This document shows, piece by piece, positions 1-9,653 of a stretch of 64,000 bases of DNA (position 1 is its first letter; each line of letters begins with the position of its first letter). The notes beneath the pieces are model-generated. The model saw only the letters and a program-made list of their open reading frames with translations, made no database searches and was not told the origin of the DNA. The stretch lies in IMG/VR virus record IMGVR_UViG_3300042534_000747, one strand, 5' to 3'. This stretch comes from a virus. The position numbers and the translations under genes were made by a program.

Positions 1-6
1 CCACAT

Positions 7-318
7 ATGATTGATGTTTTGAATGTGTATGATGGTGGTGAAACTGTTGCAATTGGAACTGATGAACAGGCAATTGAATGGTTGAAAAATGTAATTGATG
101 AATGGGATGATGAAATACTTGTTAGTGAATTGGAAAATTATAGAAAGGTAAGTTTGATTGATGTAATCAATGGAAATGGTGATTCATATAAGTATATTGA
201 TGGTGATATTTCTGAAAGAATTGAATGGATTGAAGGTGTACTTGATTATGAACAGAGGACTACAATTTTTGTAATTAATGAATATTTGGAAAAGCATTGT
301 CCTGAATATGAAAATTGA
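7..318 (+). CDS. Acidic hypothetical protein
   Basis: Open frame with composition like neighbours; first gene of a + strand run. Confidence 0.65.
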   Translation: MIDVLNVYDGGETVAIGTDEQAIEWLKNVIDEWDDEILVSELENYRKVSLIDVINGNGDSYKYIDGDISERIEWIEGVLDYEQRTTIFVINEYLEKHCPEYEN

Positions 319-332
319 ATAGGTGATGATAA

Positions 333-572
333 ATGGGAAATATGGGATATTGTAGATTTGAAAATACAGAAGATGATTTGTTGGATTGTTTTAATGCAAT
401 TCGTGAAAAGAATATTGAATCAGAAGAAGAGAGGGAAACTGCAAAGGAAATGTTGAAGGATATGGTGAGTTTTCTTATTGATGAAGGGATAATTAGTGAT
501 GAAGCAGGTAGAGGAACTGATGATAAGATTGATGAATTGATTGATTCATGTGGTGATGAAGAGGATGATTAG
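333..572 (+). CDS. Small acidic protein, N-terminal NMxYCRFENT motif (paralog of 52096..52335)
   Basis: AGGTGA RBS upstream; MGNMGYCRFENT vs MSNMSYCRFENT; motif recalled from phage hypothetical proteins. Confidence 0.8.
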   Translation: MGNMGYCRFENTEDDLLDCFNAIREKNIESEEERETAKEMLKDMVSFLIDEGIISDEAGRGTDDKIDELIDSCGDEEDD

Positions 573-771
573 GTATGAACCTCATGAAAGTTCGGTAGTT
601 AATTCTGCCGGACAATTTTTTGTTAACAAACGGAATTTTGGAAAAAAAGCTGAAATTTGGATTGATGAATTGAAAGTAAGTGAAGTTGAAATTGATAAAA
701 GCAAAATTTATGTTGGGAGAGATTTTGTAGGGAAAGAAGTTGAGATTTATTTTGTGAAACATTTGATGTAA
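565..771 (+). CDS. DUF2080/AbrB-like small DNA-binding protein (start re-assigned to ATG 565)
   Basis: Two copies of a G-x-x-(F/Y)-V-x-K/R-x-x-x-G-K-x-(A/V)-E-I pattern (FFVNKRNFGKKAEI; IYVGRDFVGKEVEI). Confidence 0.5.
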   Translation: MIRYEPHESSVVNSAGQFFVNKRNFGKKAEIWIDELKVSEVEIDKSKIYVGRDFVGKEVEIYFVKHLM

Positions 772-806
772 AAATCTTTATATAGTGTTGAAAGTATTTT
801 ACTTTA

Positions 807-1205
807 ATGAAAAATGATTTTAAGGAGAAAAGATTTAAAAATTATGTTCATGAATATGTTAATTATAAAAATATTTTTTTAAGAAGGCAATTTGTGAATA
901 GGCAAAGAATGGTTAGTATTTTTGAAATGATGAAGTTGTGGGGATTTGAAGAGCAATATGTAAAGATGTTGAAGAGTATTGATTCAAAAATGAAGAAAGG
1001 TGAATACTGTATTGTTGAAAATTCAAATGATAGAGTGTTTGCACCACAAATGTATGAAACGCATATGTATAACTTGCATAGTAAAAAAATATTAACTTAT
1101 ACAATTTTCAAGAATGTTAAAATTGGAAATAGAAATGTTGATATTGAGCAAAGTAGAGGATTAATTAATTTCAATGGGAAGAAAATTAAATTTGTGAATA
1201 AATAA
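807..1205 (+). CDS. Basic hypothetical protein
   Basis: TTTATATA promoter at ~777; 132-aa open frame. Confidence 0.65.
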   Translation: MKNDFKEKRFKNYVHEYVNYKNIFLRRQFVNRQRMVSIFEMMKLWGFEEQYVKMLKSIDSKMKKGEYCIVENSNDRVFAPQMYETHMYNLHSKKILTYTIFKNVKIGNRNVDIEQSRGLINFNGKKIKFVNK

Positions 1206-1219
1206 TGAAGGTGTAAAAT

Positions 1220-1453
1220 ATGAAAAATGAATCAGAATATGTGAAAGGTAAAGAGGTAGTTGCTTTTAATCAAAGTAATTATCCAGTGATGGTTGAAGTA
1301 TTTGAAGTTAATGATGATTATGTTAAGTTTGCTTCAAATTTGAGCAAGAAGGTTATTACAAGCAGTGTAAAATATGGAACTGAAGATAGACCTTATTTTA
1401 TGCATCATGGAGAAAAGTATTATTTAGATGAATGTATGAGAGTTGGATTTTGA
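1220..1453 (+). CDS. Hypothetical protein
   Basis: AAGGTG RBS; open frame. Confidence 0.7.
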   Translation: MKNESEYVKGKEVVAFNQSNYPVMVEVFEVNDDYVKFASNLSKKVITSSVKYGTEDRPYFMHHGEKYYLDECMRVGF

Positions 1454-1455
1454 AT

Positions 1456-1481
1456 ATATGAAGAGAATTATTCCTCTTCAT
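1456..1481. terminator. Hairpin at convergent gene junction
   Basis: TATGAAGAG...CTCTTCATA inverted repeat between convergent stops. Confidence 0.5.
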
Positions 1482-1726
1482 ACACATTGAATATTTTGTG
1501 GTGGAGTAATTGTATCAATTGAAAAATCTTCTTTCATGTATTTATTCATTACTTCTTGGGTAATTGTGCTCATTATATGTTCTTTTATTTTTTCATTATT
1601 TGACATATGTGATTTTGCTAAAATTAAAATTGCATCATTTAAGTGACAATTGTTATCATTCATTATTTTGTGAAGTACCCATAGTGAGTATTCATCAAGT
1701 GTTGTATGTATTCGCTTTTTGGTCAT
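1478..1726 (-). CDS. Possible ribbon-helix-helix DNA-binding protein (start re-assigned to MTKKRIH)
   Basis: KKRIHTTLDEYSLWVLHKI..NDAILIL fits an RHH pattern; GAGGGG RBS before ATG at 1726. Confidence 0.45.
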   Translation of the reverse strand: MTKKRIHTTLDEYSLWVLHKIMNDNNCHLNDAILILAKSHMSNNEKIKEHIMSTITQEVMNKYMKEDFSIDTITPPQNIQCV

Positions 1727-1817
1727 ATAAATCCCCTCTAATGTTCTGTGATTGCAATACATAGAAGGGTAGTCATTATATAAAAAGGTAATTAAAAATA
1801 TAGTTAAAAATATATTT

Positions 1818-2201
1818 CTAATGATTAAGGAATGTAAGGTTTTCGATGTCTGCATTTGAAAGGTCATTACCATACATGTAGTTGCCATTTTCATTGTAGT
1901 AATCTAATGACATGGTGTTTGCATCAATCTCTCTCAGTTCGCCATAATAGAGGACTTTATCAAGATGGAAAAGGGTATTTCCTAATTTATCTTCATAGCC
2001 TGTGCTAAAACGTGAATCTATTAGATTGAAATCATTCATAATCATTTCATCAATGTATTCTCTTATTGATTTATTGTTGTTTAAACCAAAGATAATTTCA
2101 TTGACTGTATGAATTGTGTAATGCATTATTTCAGACTTTGCATTTTTAAAAACAAAAAGAATTTCATTGTTTGCCATAATAAGTAAATGAATGGCAAACA
2201 A
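1818..2201 (-). CDS. Hypothetical protein
   Basis: 127-aa open frame in - strand run. Confidence 0.6.
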   Translation of the reverse strand: MFAIHLLIMANNEILFVFKNAKSEIMHYTIHTVNEIIFGLNNNKSIREYIDEMIMNDFNLIDSRFSTGYEDKLGNTLFHLDKVLYYGELREIDANTMSLDYYNENGNYMYGNDLSNADIENLTFLNH

Positions 2202-2229
2202 ATTATATAAAGGTTTGGTTAAAAAAGTA

Positions 2230-2445
2230 TTAAATTATTGAATATTGGACATTTTGTTCAAGTCCTGCATTCATTAATCTCATAAATCTTTCAGTTTCCC
2301 ATTCATCACCTGTTTCTATGTTCATTTCATAATCATCTTCAATATTATGAATGTATTGCCTTTCAACAGGGATGCCATTAGTGATTATTTTTTCAAGTTT
2401 CATATGATTTACAGTTTTAGACATTATTAATTTAACATTATCCAT
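2230..2445 (-). CDS. Hypothetical protein with TTGTAGGTGA leader
   Basis: Own TATA, dyad operator and RBS at 2452-2490. Confidence 0.7.
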   Translation of the reverse strand: MDNVKLIMSKTVNHMKLEKIITNGIPVERQYIHNIEDDYEMNIETGDEWETERFMRLMNAGLEQNVQYSII

Positions 2446-2451
2446 TATAAT

Positions 2452-2495
2452 TCACCTACAAGTTAATAATAGGTGTTAATGGTATATAAATGTTT
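2452..2495 (-). promoter_or_regulatory. Cassette promoter: BRE/TATA plus CACCTA-N11-TAGGTG dyad plus RBS
   Basis: Minus strand AAACATTTATATA then AACACCTA..TTGTAGGTGAA. Confidence 0.7.
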
Positions 2496-2509
2496 GCAAA
2501 AAAAGGAAA

Positions 2510-2773
2510 TTATTTGAAATTATAATAGGTTGAAATTGTGAATAGCATTATTGATAAAGTGAAAATTTCTAAATCAGATTTTAGGATTTCAGCAGGAATT
2601 GATTTTTGTTTTATTAGATGCAAGATGTAGATGTTGACTAAAACATATATGAAAAATAAGGCAGAAATTGCATTTTGAATTATTGCATGTTCTGAAGAAA
2701 AAGATGTAATTGCTAATATTAAGTAAAGAATAATGTTTGTTTTGTATAGATTTGATTTTGTGTATAATTTCAT
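2510..2773 (-). CDS. Small 3-TM membrane protein
   Basis: Three hydrophobic segments with charged loop before the last. Confidence 0.65.
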   Translation of the reverse strand: MKLYTKSNLYKTNIILYLILAITSFSSEHAIIQNAISALFFIYVLVNIYILHLIKQKSIPAEILKSDLEIFTLSIMLFTISTYYNFK

Positions 2774-2820
2774 AATTGTTTAATTCATTTTAAATATAAA
2801 AAGGTTGACAAATATAATTT

Positions 2821-3168
2821 TTATCTGCCAAATTCAAGGATTTGATTCATTATAGAAAAGAATGAATCCAATGATGATACATTAATTTCATCTTGCATTG
2901 AAAGAGAGCTGTAAATGATTCTTGAACCTGTTGAAAGCACTTCACATACTTCAATGATGTTACCATTGTATGTACGGACTGTGAATGTTGCATTCTGGGA
3001 TGAAATTTTCATTAAAGGCATACCTGAATCTATTTCAGCAGTTACATCATATGGGAGATTTTCATAAAGATAACCTTCTGTAAGGAGTGTTGCTGCAATA
3101 ATTGTATCTGTTGATATTTTCTTCATTTCTGCTTTTACGATATTGTTCATTATTTCTTTCATTGACAT
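2821..3168 (-). CDS. Hypothetical protein
   Basis: TGTAGGTG RBS at 3176-3183. Confidence 0.7.
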   Translation of the reverse strand: MSMKEIMNNIVKAEMKKISTDTIIAATLLTEGYLYENLPYDVTAEIDSGMPLMKISSQNATFTVRTYNGNIIEVCEVLSTGSRIIYSSLSMQDEINVSSLDSFFSIMNQILEFGR

Positions 3169-3178
3169 TTTAATGCAC

Positions 3179-3370
3179 CTACACTACATTTACATAGTTT
3201 CTGATTATCTGAAGTTTCTGAGTTGAAGTTGAATCTTCAGACCTTATTGCGTTCATCATTTCTTTTGCTTCATTGTGGAATCCTGCACATTTAAGAGAAT
3301 GGTATGCATTTCCTATCAATGTGAAAATATTTCCTTCACTTTCTACAAGTTTACATTCTGGTTTTGTCAT
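3179..3370 (-). CDS. Small conserved phage-type protein (KLV..xGNxFxLIG pattern)
   Basis: KPECKLVESEGNIFTLIGNAYHSLK resembles a widespread small phage family recalled from memory. Confidence 0.6.
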   Translation of the reverse strand: MTKPECKLVESEGNIFTLIGNAYHSLKCAGFHNEAKEMMNAIRSEDSTSTQKLQIIRNYVNVV

Positions 3371-3461
3371 AATTATTTCTCCTTATTCTTTATTATTATA
3401 ATCATTACTTTTATAAATAACATTCTATTTTTATACGATGTTTACTTAATGCCTATGAAAA

Positions 3462-3707
3462 TTAAAAATAAGTAACTTTTACAGGTGTTACTTTTGCATC
3501 AATTACTTTACATTTGATATTAGGGAAATTCTCTTTCATATAATCAATTGCCATATTGGGAGAGGTTTTGAATGTTAATGCCATGTTGCCTAATGTTTTG
3601 TCAGAGTAAGGGCATGGCAAGTTAGTATCAAATGTTATAGAATCCAATTGACCATTTTGTAAGAGAATTGTAACTTTTTTAATATCTATTTCCATATTTA
3701 TCACCAT
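3462..3707 (-). CDS. Hypothetical protein
   Basis: Coupled to upstream gene, GGTGA RBS. Confidence 0.65.
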   Translation of the reverse strand: MVINMEIDIKKVTILLQNGQLDSITFDTNLPCPYSDKTLGNMALTFKTSPNMAIDYMKENFPNIKCKVIDAKVTPVKVTYF

Positions 3708-3922
3708 ACATTTATTATAAGGGTTCTTGTTTTGAAACAGTTATCAGCTTCAACAATTCTGTAATCTGTTACATTACGAAGGATTTGACCTTCTTTTGCA
3801 AAACCATCATTAACATCAGTATCTATGAATGAGTTGCCAATTTTGAATGCAATACGCTTGACATTTTCTTCATGTCTACTACCATCTTTACAAATTATTA
3901 TAACTTTCTTGTCATTTGCCAT
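3701..3922 (-). CDS. Hypothetical protein with TTGTAGGTGA leader
   Basis: Own TATA and dyad at 3930-3970. Confidence 0.7.
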   Translation of the reverse strand: MANDKKVIIICKDGSRHEENVKRIAFKIGNSFIDTDVNDGFAKEGQILRNVTDYRIVEADNCFKTRTLIINVW

Positions 3923-4021
3923 AATTAATTCACCTACAATGGTATAGAAGGGTGTTAAAGTATATAAATGTTTGTTAAATTATGGTAAATTGGCTTCTTG
4001 TATAAAATTCATGATGTCACT

Positions 4022-4243
4022 TTAAATTATAAATTGATATATATTACTATTTAATTTAACTTTTACATGAAATATTTCATTACATTGTGAACATTTGTAA
4101 TATATATAATGCATTCTGTCTTCACGGTTATATTCAAAATTTATAAATTTAAAATTAATCATGTTTCTTTGAGGTTTTTTATTATGAAATCCACAATTGG
4201 AACATTTTAACATTTTTTTAATTTCTATTTGCATTATCATCAA
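4022..4243 (-). CDS. Zinc-ribbon protein
   Basis: CSNC and CSQC pairs. Confidence 0.6.
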   Translation of the reverse strand: MMIMQIEIKKMLKCSNCGFHNKKPQRNMINFKFINFEYNREDRMHYIYYKCSQCNEIFHVKVKLNSNIYQFII

Positions 4244-4281
4244 CTTGGTTTATTTTTAAGTCTTTCTATTAATGCAATGGT

Positions 4282-4746
4282 ATGTATTTATTGTATAAAA
4301 GGTTATTGAAAAAAAGGAAATTATTATATATAATGAATGTATTTACTATAATGCAGGTGAATAAAATGCAAGAATTAATGAGTAAAAGAATTAATGATTA
4401 TATAAATGATGAAATTAAAAATATGAAATGTACTATTAAAGGAATTTTTAATTTTGTGAATGATAATGGTGCTATAATAATTAACGATAAAGTTGCTGTT
4501 AAAAGTGATATGAATGATAAATGTGAAAATATTCTTATTGTGAATTATGGAATTACTAATTTTATTATTAAAATAGAAGTTCTTGAAAAAATGACTATTG
4601 TATACAATGGTAATTTTGGATTAAGAAATATTTATATTGAAGATGAATTTGTGGATAATAATATTGTTATTCTTGATGGATTTGTTGATGCGATTAATTT
4701 TGCTGAAAAAGAATGTAAAAAATCTGTATATTATTCAAAGGTTTGA
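4282..4746 (+). CDS. Hypothetical protein (true start probably ~4332-4367)
   Basis: Open frame; CAGGTGA RBS at ~4353. Confidence 0.6.
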   Translation: MYLLYKRLLKKRKLLYIMNVFTIMQVNKMQELMSKRINDYINDEIKNMKCTIKGIFNFVNDNGAIIINDKVAVKSDMNDKCENILIVNYGITNFIIKIEVLEKMTIVYNGNFGLRNIYIEDEFVDNNIVILDGFVDAINFAEKECKKSVYYSKV

Positions 4747-4750
4747 TTAT

Positions 4751-5206
4751 ATGAATGAAAATGATAGATTTAATCATAATTTCGATATTGCAAAAGTAAT
4801 TTTTGAAAACATGGGTTATGATATTAAAGGTTATAATCCTAATTGGACAATTGAAAATAATTTTAGTAATGTTGTCATTCAGATAGATGATATGTTCATG
4901 GAACGATTAGCATTAGGTTTTGGCGCAAATTGGAAACCAAAATTTAATTTGATTGAACATTATATGAAAATATATAATGATGCAAATGATTCAATTGCTC
5001 TTAATGAACATATGTGTAATTTTTTAGAAAATGAAGATATACCAGAATTTGAAAATAAAGATGATTTGAAAAATGAATTAATTATTGGAATGAAAGAAAC
5101 GATTGATAAAAAAGCAAAAATAATCAACAGGTCACGTAAAGCAATTGATTTTTTTAAAGATTACAAAGGAAGTTTCATAATAATTATGTCATATTTTAAA
5201 TATTAA
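4751..5206 (+). CDS. Hypothetical protein (start re-assigned to ATG 4751)
   Basis: Follows the upstream stop; the earlier start overlaps 4282..4746. Confidence 0.6.
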   Translation: MNENDRFNHNFDIAKVIFENMGYDIKGYNPNWTIENNFSNVVIQIDDMFMERLALGFGANWKPKFNLIEHYMKIYNDANDSIALNEHMCNFLENEDIPEFENKDDLKNELIIGMKETIDKKAKIINRSRKAIDFFKDYKGSFIIIMSYFKY

Positions 5207-5211
5207 AAAAG

Positions 5212-5550
5212 TTAAATTTTAAAATTGTTGGAAGTTGATTCTTTTTCATCATCATCAAAGTTTAAAATGATATCTTGATATGAAGGTATTTTTTCATTCT
5301 TGAATGATGAATTTATTTCTTTATTATCTTCATGTAGTTCTAACCATATTACATTTTTTATATGTTCATTTTTATTTTCATCAGAAATAATTACTACACT
5401 TGAAACATAATAAGGATTATTTGGAACTGTTTTTATAAAACCTACAATAACTCCTTTTGAAATAGGTTCAAGTGTAGTTAGACATTTATCATGTTTTTCA
5501 GTTGTTTTTACAATGTTGCCTTTTTCAAATTTTCTTATTTTTTTTATCAT
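5212..5550 (-). CDS. Hypothetical protein, possible SH3/KOW-like beta fold
   Basis: FEKGNIVKT..KGVIVG pattern. Confidence 0.55.
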   Translation of the reverse strand: MIKKIRKFEKGNIVKTTEKHDKCLTTLEPISKGVIVGFIKTVPNNPYYVSSVVIISDENKNEHIKNVIWLELHEDNKEINSSFKNEKIPSYQDIILNFDDDEKESTSNNFKI

Positions 5551-5551
5551 T

Positions 5552-5953
5552 TTAACACCTATAATTTCTAAGCCAATTTTCTAATCCTTCAGATTGAATT
5601 TCATTGAATAATTCTTCATCTTCTAATACATCAATACCTAAACTATAAGCCATTTTAGACCATTCTTTATATGGTTTTTTATTTGCAATTTTTTCTTGTT
5701 TTATTTTTGAAATTGTGGGAAGTAGATTTGTAAGGAATTTGTATAATCCTGTGTAACATTTTGATTCTATGTTCCATTCCCAAACTACGCCTTCAGATGT
5801 ACTATTGCAAGTTCCTGCACAACCTGTAATTACTCTAGTCCAACCTACCATATTGACAATTCTATCATCTTCAAGAATAGCAATCACTCCTATTTCAGAT
5901 TCTTCAAGTTCTTCAGGATAAATAGGTAAACCATATAGTGTTATTGGATTCAT
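5552..5953 (-). CDS. Hypothetical protein
   Basis: Open frame, overlapping start/stop with neighbour. Confidence 0.65.
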   Translation of the reverse strand: MNPITLYGLPIYPEELEESEIGVIAILEDDRIVNMVGWTRVITGCAGTCNSTSEGVVWEWNIESKCYTGLYKFLTNLLPTISKIKQEKIANKKPYKEWSKMAYSLGIDVLEDEELFNEIQSEGLENWLRNYRC

Positions 5954-6330
5954 GTTGCAATCTCTTCAAGTTCTTTTTCATGTTTTATTTTGATGAAAAA
6001 ACCATATTCATTTGATAAAAAATCAGAATAAAGTTTTTCAAATTGGAGAACGTTTTTTGTATGATTTTCTATGAATATTGGATGAACTATTGTTTTGTTT
6101 TTATTCATATAATTTAATAGTTGATTGGTATATTCATCTCTATATTTATTCAAAGATTTGATATTGTTGAAGATATTAAATAATTTGATAAATATGTACC
6201 TTTTACTATCACTTGAAATGCAATTTTCATATTCAGCTTTTAAAGATATGTATGATTGTCTTTCTTCACTCATTTGTCTCAAAATTGTATTATAATTTAC
6301 AATATAATGATTTAGTTCTTCATTTAACAT
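5950..6330 (-). CDS. Helical hypothetical protein, paralog of 6355..6714
   Basis: YTNQLLNYMNKNKTIV vs YGNELLNYINENENLI. Confidence 0.65.
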   Translation of the reverse strand: MLNEELNHYIVNYNTILRQMSEERQSYISLKAEYENCISSDSKRYIFIKLFNIFNNIKSLNKYRDEYTNQLLNYMNKNKTIVHPIFIENHTKNVLQFEKLYSDFLSNEYGFFIKIKHEKELEEIAT

Positions 6331-6354
6331 GTTTTTACCTCATATGTGAGTGTA

Positions 6355-6714
6355 TTAAATAATTCCATAAGTATATAAATATAAATGGTTTTCAGTTATG
6401 AATGAATTATAATCTGCAATTGCTTTATTGATTGTAGTTCTGTATTCTGTTGCAATTGATTCAGGGATTAGATTTTCATTTTCATTTATGTAATTTAGAA
6501 GTTCATTTCCATATTTCAATAGAAATTCGCCTTGATATTTGATAATAGAGTAATCTTTTATGAGAGAATGTATAAGATATCTTGGTGGATTAGTAAGATT
6601 ATAATTTGTTTTATCATGGATTTTTTTGCTTGTTAAAAAATTATTTATAGTGACTGTTATATCATCATTTATTGTATTGAAAATTTTTATATAATAATAT
6701 TCAAATTTGTTCAT
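6355..6714 (-). CDS. Helical hypothetical protein, paralog of 5950..6330
   Basis: Shared LLNYxNxN segment; AAAGGTGA RBS. Confidence 0.65.
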   Translation of the reverse strand: MNKFEYYYIKIFNTINDDITVTINNFLTSKKIHDKTNYNLTNPPRYLIHSLIKDYSIIKYQGEFLLKYGNELLNYINENENLIPESIATEYRTTINKAIADYNSFITENHLYLYTYGII

Positions 6715-6718
6715 TGTT

Positions 6719-7129
6719 TCACCTTTGTGTGTTTATGATTTTTGCAGTTTTGTGAAAAATTGTGTTATTGATTATTTTATTCCATTCTTTGATTGATAGT
6801 GGAAGTTCATGGTTTTTACTGTATAAGAATTTTTCTATTTGTGGATTGTCATAGAGTCCTTTGCATAGAATGTCATAGCTCTTCAAGATGGATTCTTGCC
6901 AATACTCATTAGGGTAATTAGTAAGTCCATAGGCAAATATCAAGGCTACATGCTTGCATCCAGACTTGCCCTTATAGAAATGTATTGTGTTCAGATGATT
7001 GCTTACAATGGCGGATTTTAAGCCAAATGCATACATTACAGCAGGGTTATCAGATTGGTCTACATCTACTTCAGGTGAAATATAGATGTTACAGGTTGAA
7101 CATTCATAATTTTCTAACATTATGAGCAC
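6719..7129 (-). CDS. Hypothetical protein
   Basis: 136-aa open frame. Confidence 0.6.
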   Translation of the reverse strand: MLIMLENYECSTCNIYISPEVDVDQSDNPAVMYAFGLKSAIVSNHLNTIHFYKGKSGCKHVALIFAYGLTNYPNEYWQESILKSYDILCKGLYDNPQIEKFLYSKNHELPLSIKEWNKIINNTIFHKTAKIINTQR

Positions 7130-7623
7130 CTGTAAGTAGATGTTTCAATTTCTTCAGAAATTTGATTTATTTCTTTGATTTTTTCACTTGCAAATATGTT
7201 ATATTTTGCAATGTAGTTTTTTATTATTTCATCAATGTAATAAGTGATGTTATCATAAGCTATATTTTTAAATGATTCTGTAAATGCATAATAAAATTCA
7301 TAAATATTTTCATAATACATGGTTTCATGCATTTTTGCAAGAAGTGAATATTTATCGAATTTAAGATAAATGTAATACAGTTCTGTGCCATCATAGATGA
7401 AATTATTTATTTTTTCATCATAAATTATTTTCAAATTTGCTTTTACAATAATTGTGAATTTTATGTTGTTATGGATGGTTGGAATTTCTTCAATTATTTG
7501 AGTTGTAGTAAAAGATGGTTTACCACATTTTAATAATTCAATTGATTCATCATTTTTTACATAATTCATGAATGCAAGATATGCAGACTGTTCAGGGTTG
7601 AATCTTGGGAATTTTGTTAGCAT
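7120..7623 (-). CDS. Hypothetical protein
   Basis: TAAATG coupling to upstream gene. Confidence 0.65.
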   Translation of the reverse strand: MLTKFPRFNPEQSAYLAFMNYVKNDESIELLKCGKPSFTTTQIIEEIPTIHNNIKFTIIVKANLKIIYDEKINNFIYDGTELYYIYLKFDKYSLLAKMHETMYYENIYEFYYAFTESFKNIAYDNITYYIDEIIKNYIAKYNIFASEKIKEINQISEEIETSTYRCS

Positions 7624-8085
7624 TTATAATCCCTTCTTCCAACATACAGTAAGCATTTGTTTGTTTTTGTGATATTCAGTTTCAAAAGAATCAAGTGTTT
7701 TTTCATTGATATTTTTTTCACTTAATAATTTGTGAGTGTAAATATAATCAAGGTTTTCTGATTCAATTATATGAAGTATTGAAAGTATATTATCCCTTAT
7801 CATTGAAACTATGTTTGGGGGTAGAAGTGAAAGAGTTCCATCTATGAAATCATCTCCATCTCTGAAACTGTATTTTTTTACTTCTGTATAATGAACTTTG
7901 TTTTCTATTCTAATTGTAAAAGTACCTTTATCATTTTTGAAAACAATAAGTGCATCAGCACCATATCTGAATACGTTTATTTCATTGGATTTGAATTTAT
8001 AGCCAATTACTTGAAATTTTTCATCAAATACTTTGCAATCTTCAAAAATGGAAATCATTTTATTTCTGAATTGATGGGTAAACAT
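7624..8085 (-). CDS. Divergent member of the P[YF]W-tail family (ends LTVCWKKGL)
   Basis: QFRNKMISIF, DGT..PNIVSMIRDNILSILHIIE and NLDYIYTH match family blocks. Confidence 0.65.
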   Translation of the reverse strand: MFTHQFRNKMISIFEDCKVFDEKFQVIGYKFKSNEINVFRYGADALIVFKNDKGTFTIRIENKVHYTEVKKYSFRDGDDFIDGTLSLLPPNIVSMIRDNILSILHIIESENLDYIYTHKLLSEKNINEKTLDSFETEYHKNKQMLTVCWKKGL

Positions 8086-8090
8086 TTTTT

Positions 8091-8135
8091 AACACCTACA
8101 AGGTAATAGTAGGTGTTCATAGTATAAATAAGTAT
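8091..8135 (-). promoter_or_regulatory. Cassette promoter with perfect AACACCTAC-N9-GTAGGTGTT dyad
   Basis: 9-bp perfect inverted repeat between TATA and RBS; 8097-8135 is identical (inverted) to 34726-34764. Confidence 0.75.
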
Positions 8136-8143
8136 TGAAAAAA

Positions 8144-8716
8144 TTAACAGAAAAAACCCTTTTTTATAGGGATGATTTCTGTAAAGTTGTAGTTTGAAAT
8201 TGCTTTCATCGTTGTTGTTATATTGCAATTATCGTTATTATGCCAAATTATAGTATTTGGTGATATAAAAGATGGAGTTATTTCTTTTGGTTTATTGATT
8301 ATACTTCTATTTTTAGTTGTTGAATTTGAAGTATAATATTTGGTATCTTTATTGAGAGTTACAGGGGTGTTATTGTATTGTCCTCTATATTTAATTCCAT
8401 TTATATTTATATACCATGTGCATATTTTGATGTATTTTTCCCTTTTTGACATTTGTTTATGTCTTGGGATAGCTAGTGTACTATCTAGCATGGCAGTTAG
8501 TAAATACCAGTCATTTAATTCATTATCTTTCTTTTTTAGAATTAATGAAATATTATATCTTTCCAATATTACTTTGATGGTGTTTACAAAATGATTTTCT
8601 TTAATTAATAATTCAGGCTTTAAATCATTTAGTTTGTATAATATTTCATCTATATCTCTTGCATTTAGACGTTGTTTGAATCTATGAATAGCATGTTCTG
8701 TTATTTCAATGTCCAT
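8144..8716 (-). CDS. Protein with N-terminal RelE/DUF4258-like (HAxxRxxxR) domain
   Basis: IEITEHAIHRFKQR..ISLILKK..WYLLTAM. Confidence 0.45.
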   Translation of the reverse strand: MDIEITEHAIHRFKQRLNARDIDEILYKLNDLKPELLIKENHFVNTIKVILERYNISLILKKKDNELNDWYLLTAMLDSTLAIPRHKQMSKREKYIKICTWYININGIKYRGQYNNTPVTLNKDTKYYTSNSTTKNRSIINKPKEITPSFISPNTIIWHNNDNCNITTTMKAISNYNFTEIIPIKKGFFC

Positions 8717-9217
8717 TTATACATCACCATTGATGAGTATTTTTACATCTTCTAGATTAATGAATTCTTTAAGTCTGTCAAATGTGAATCCATTTTCATA
8801 TTTATAATTCTGTGAAAACTTATTTTTGAAAATACATGCATTGTCCAAATCATAAAGGAAATAATTATATGCTTTTTTTGCAGAAGTGGCATTATATTCA
8901 TTTATTGATGTTATTAGAGTTTTATAGACAAAATCATCTCTATATGCTATTCGAGTTCCAAAAGGCATTAATTTGTTTTTGTTTACCATTGTTAAATTAA
9001 GATGGAATGTTTCATTGAGGTCTTTTAAGAAAATTTTATCAGGCAATGTCATTAAAGGTGTGAGTAGATTTGTTGTTAGATTAAGAAGGCAATATTTATC
9101 AGCAGCAGGAGTTGGATTTGATTCTTGCAAAAATTTATATTCATAATGGTTGTTTGAAAGAATGTCTCCTACTTGAATGGGTGTTTTTTCAGGTGAAAAA
9201 TATTCATTAAGATTCAT
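8717..9217 (-). CDS. Hypothetical protein
   Basis: Open frame coupled to neighbours. Confidence 0.65.
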   Translation of the reverse strand: MNLNEYFSPEKTPIQVGDILSNNHYEYKFLQESNPTPAADKYCLLNLTTNLLTPLMTLPDKIFLKDLNETFHLNLTMVNKNKLMPFGTRIAYRDDFVYKTLITSINEYNATSAKKAYNYFLYDLDNACIFKNKFSQNYKYENGFTFDRLKEFINLEDVKILINGDV

Positions 9218-9223
9218 TGTTCA

Positions 9224-9652
9224 TCACATCCAGTAGGGTTTTACTTTTTTATCAAGTGTTACATTATTCATAAATTTAATTAAGTCAGGATTTGGTTCTT
9301 TTTTGGATTTTGGGATGAAATAATAAAATGTTTTTTCATAACTAAGATGTGAAGTTTCAATTTCATTAATTACATTGAGAATTGTAGATTTAATTTCTTT
9401 TTTCATACTCTTTTTAATGTTTTTTGGTGTTCCTTCTACAGCTAATAAGCCTTCACGATACCAATATACAATCATATCAAGAGTTTTACCATTGAAAGCT
9501 ATTCCACAACTCATTTTTTCTGTTATTACAGCAATTTGATATTCATCAAAACACATTGCAATTTCAATTGTGCATTTTCCTTCAGTGGTTGAGTATTCAA
9601 TTTCTGTATAATCATTTGTTACTAATTTTGCCATTTGGTTTTTAAATTTCAT
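9224..9652 (-). CDS. P[YF]W-tail family protein (ends KPYWM)
   Basis: C-terminal motif and shared internal blocks. Confidence 0.75.
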   Translation of the reverse strand: MKFKNQMAKLVTNDYTEIEYSTTEGKCTIEIAMCFDEYQIAVITEKMSCGIAFNGKTLDMIVYWYREGLLAVEGTPKNIKKSMKKEIKSTILNVINEIETSHLSYEKTFYYFIPKSKKEPNPDLIKFMNNVTLDKKVKPYWM

Positions 9653-9653
9653 G

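Noticed and set aside
4637-4750. Programmed frameshift or long overlap between 4282..4746 and 4637..5206
   Set aside because: A normal ATG at 4751 follows the upstream stop by 4 nt
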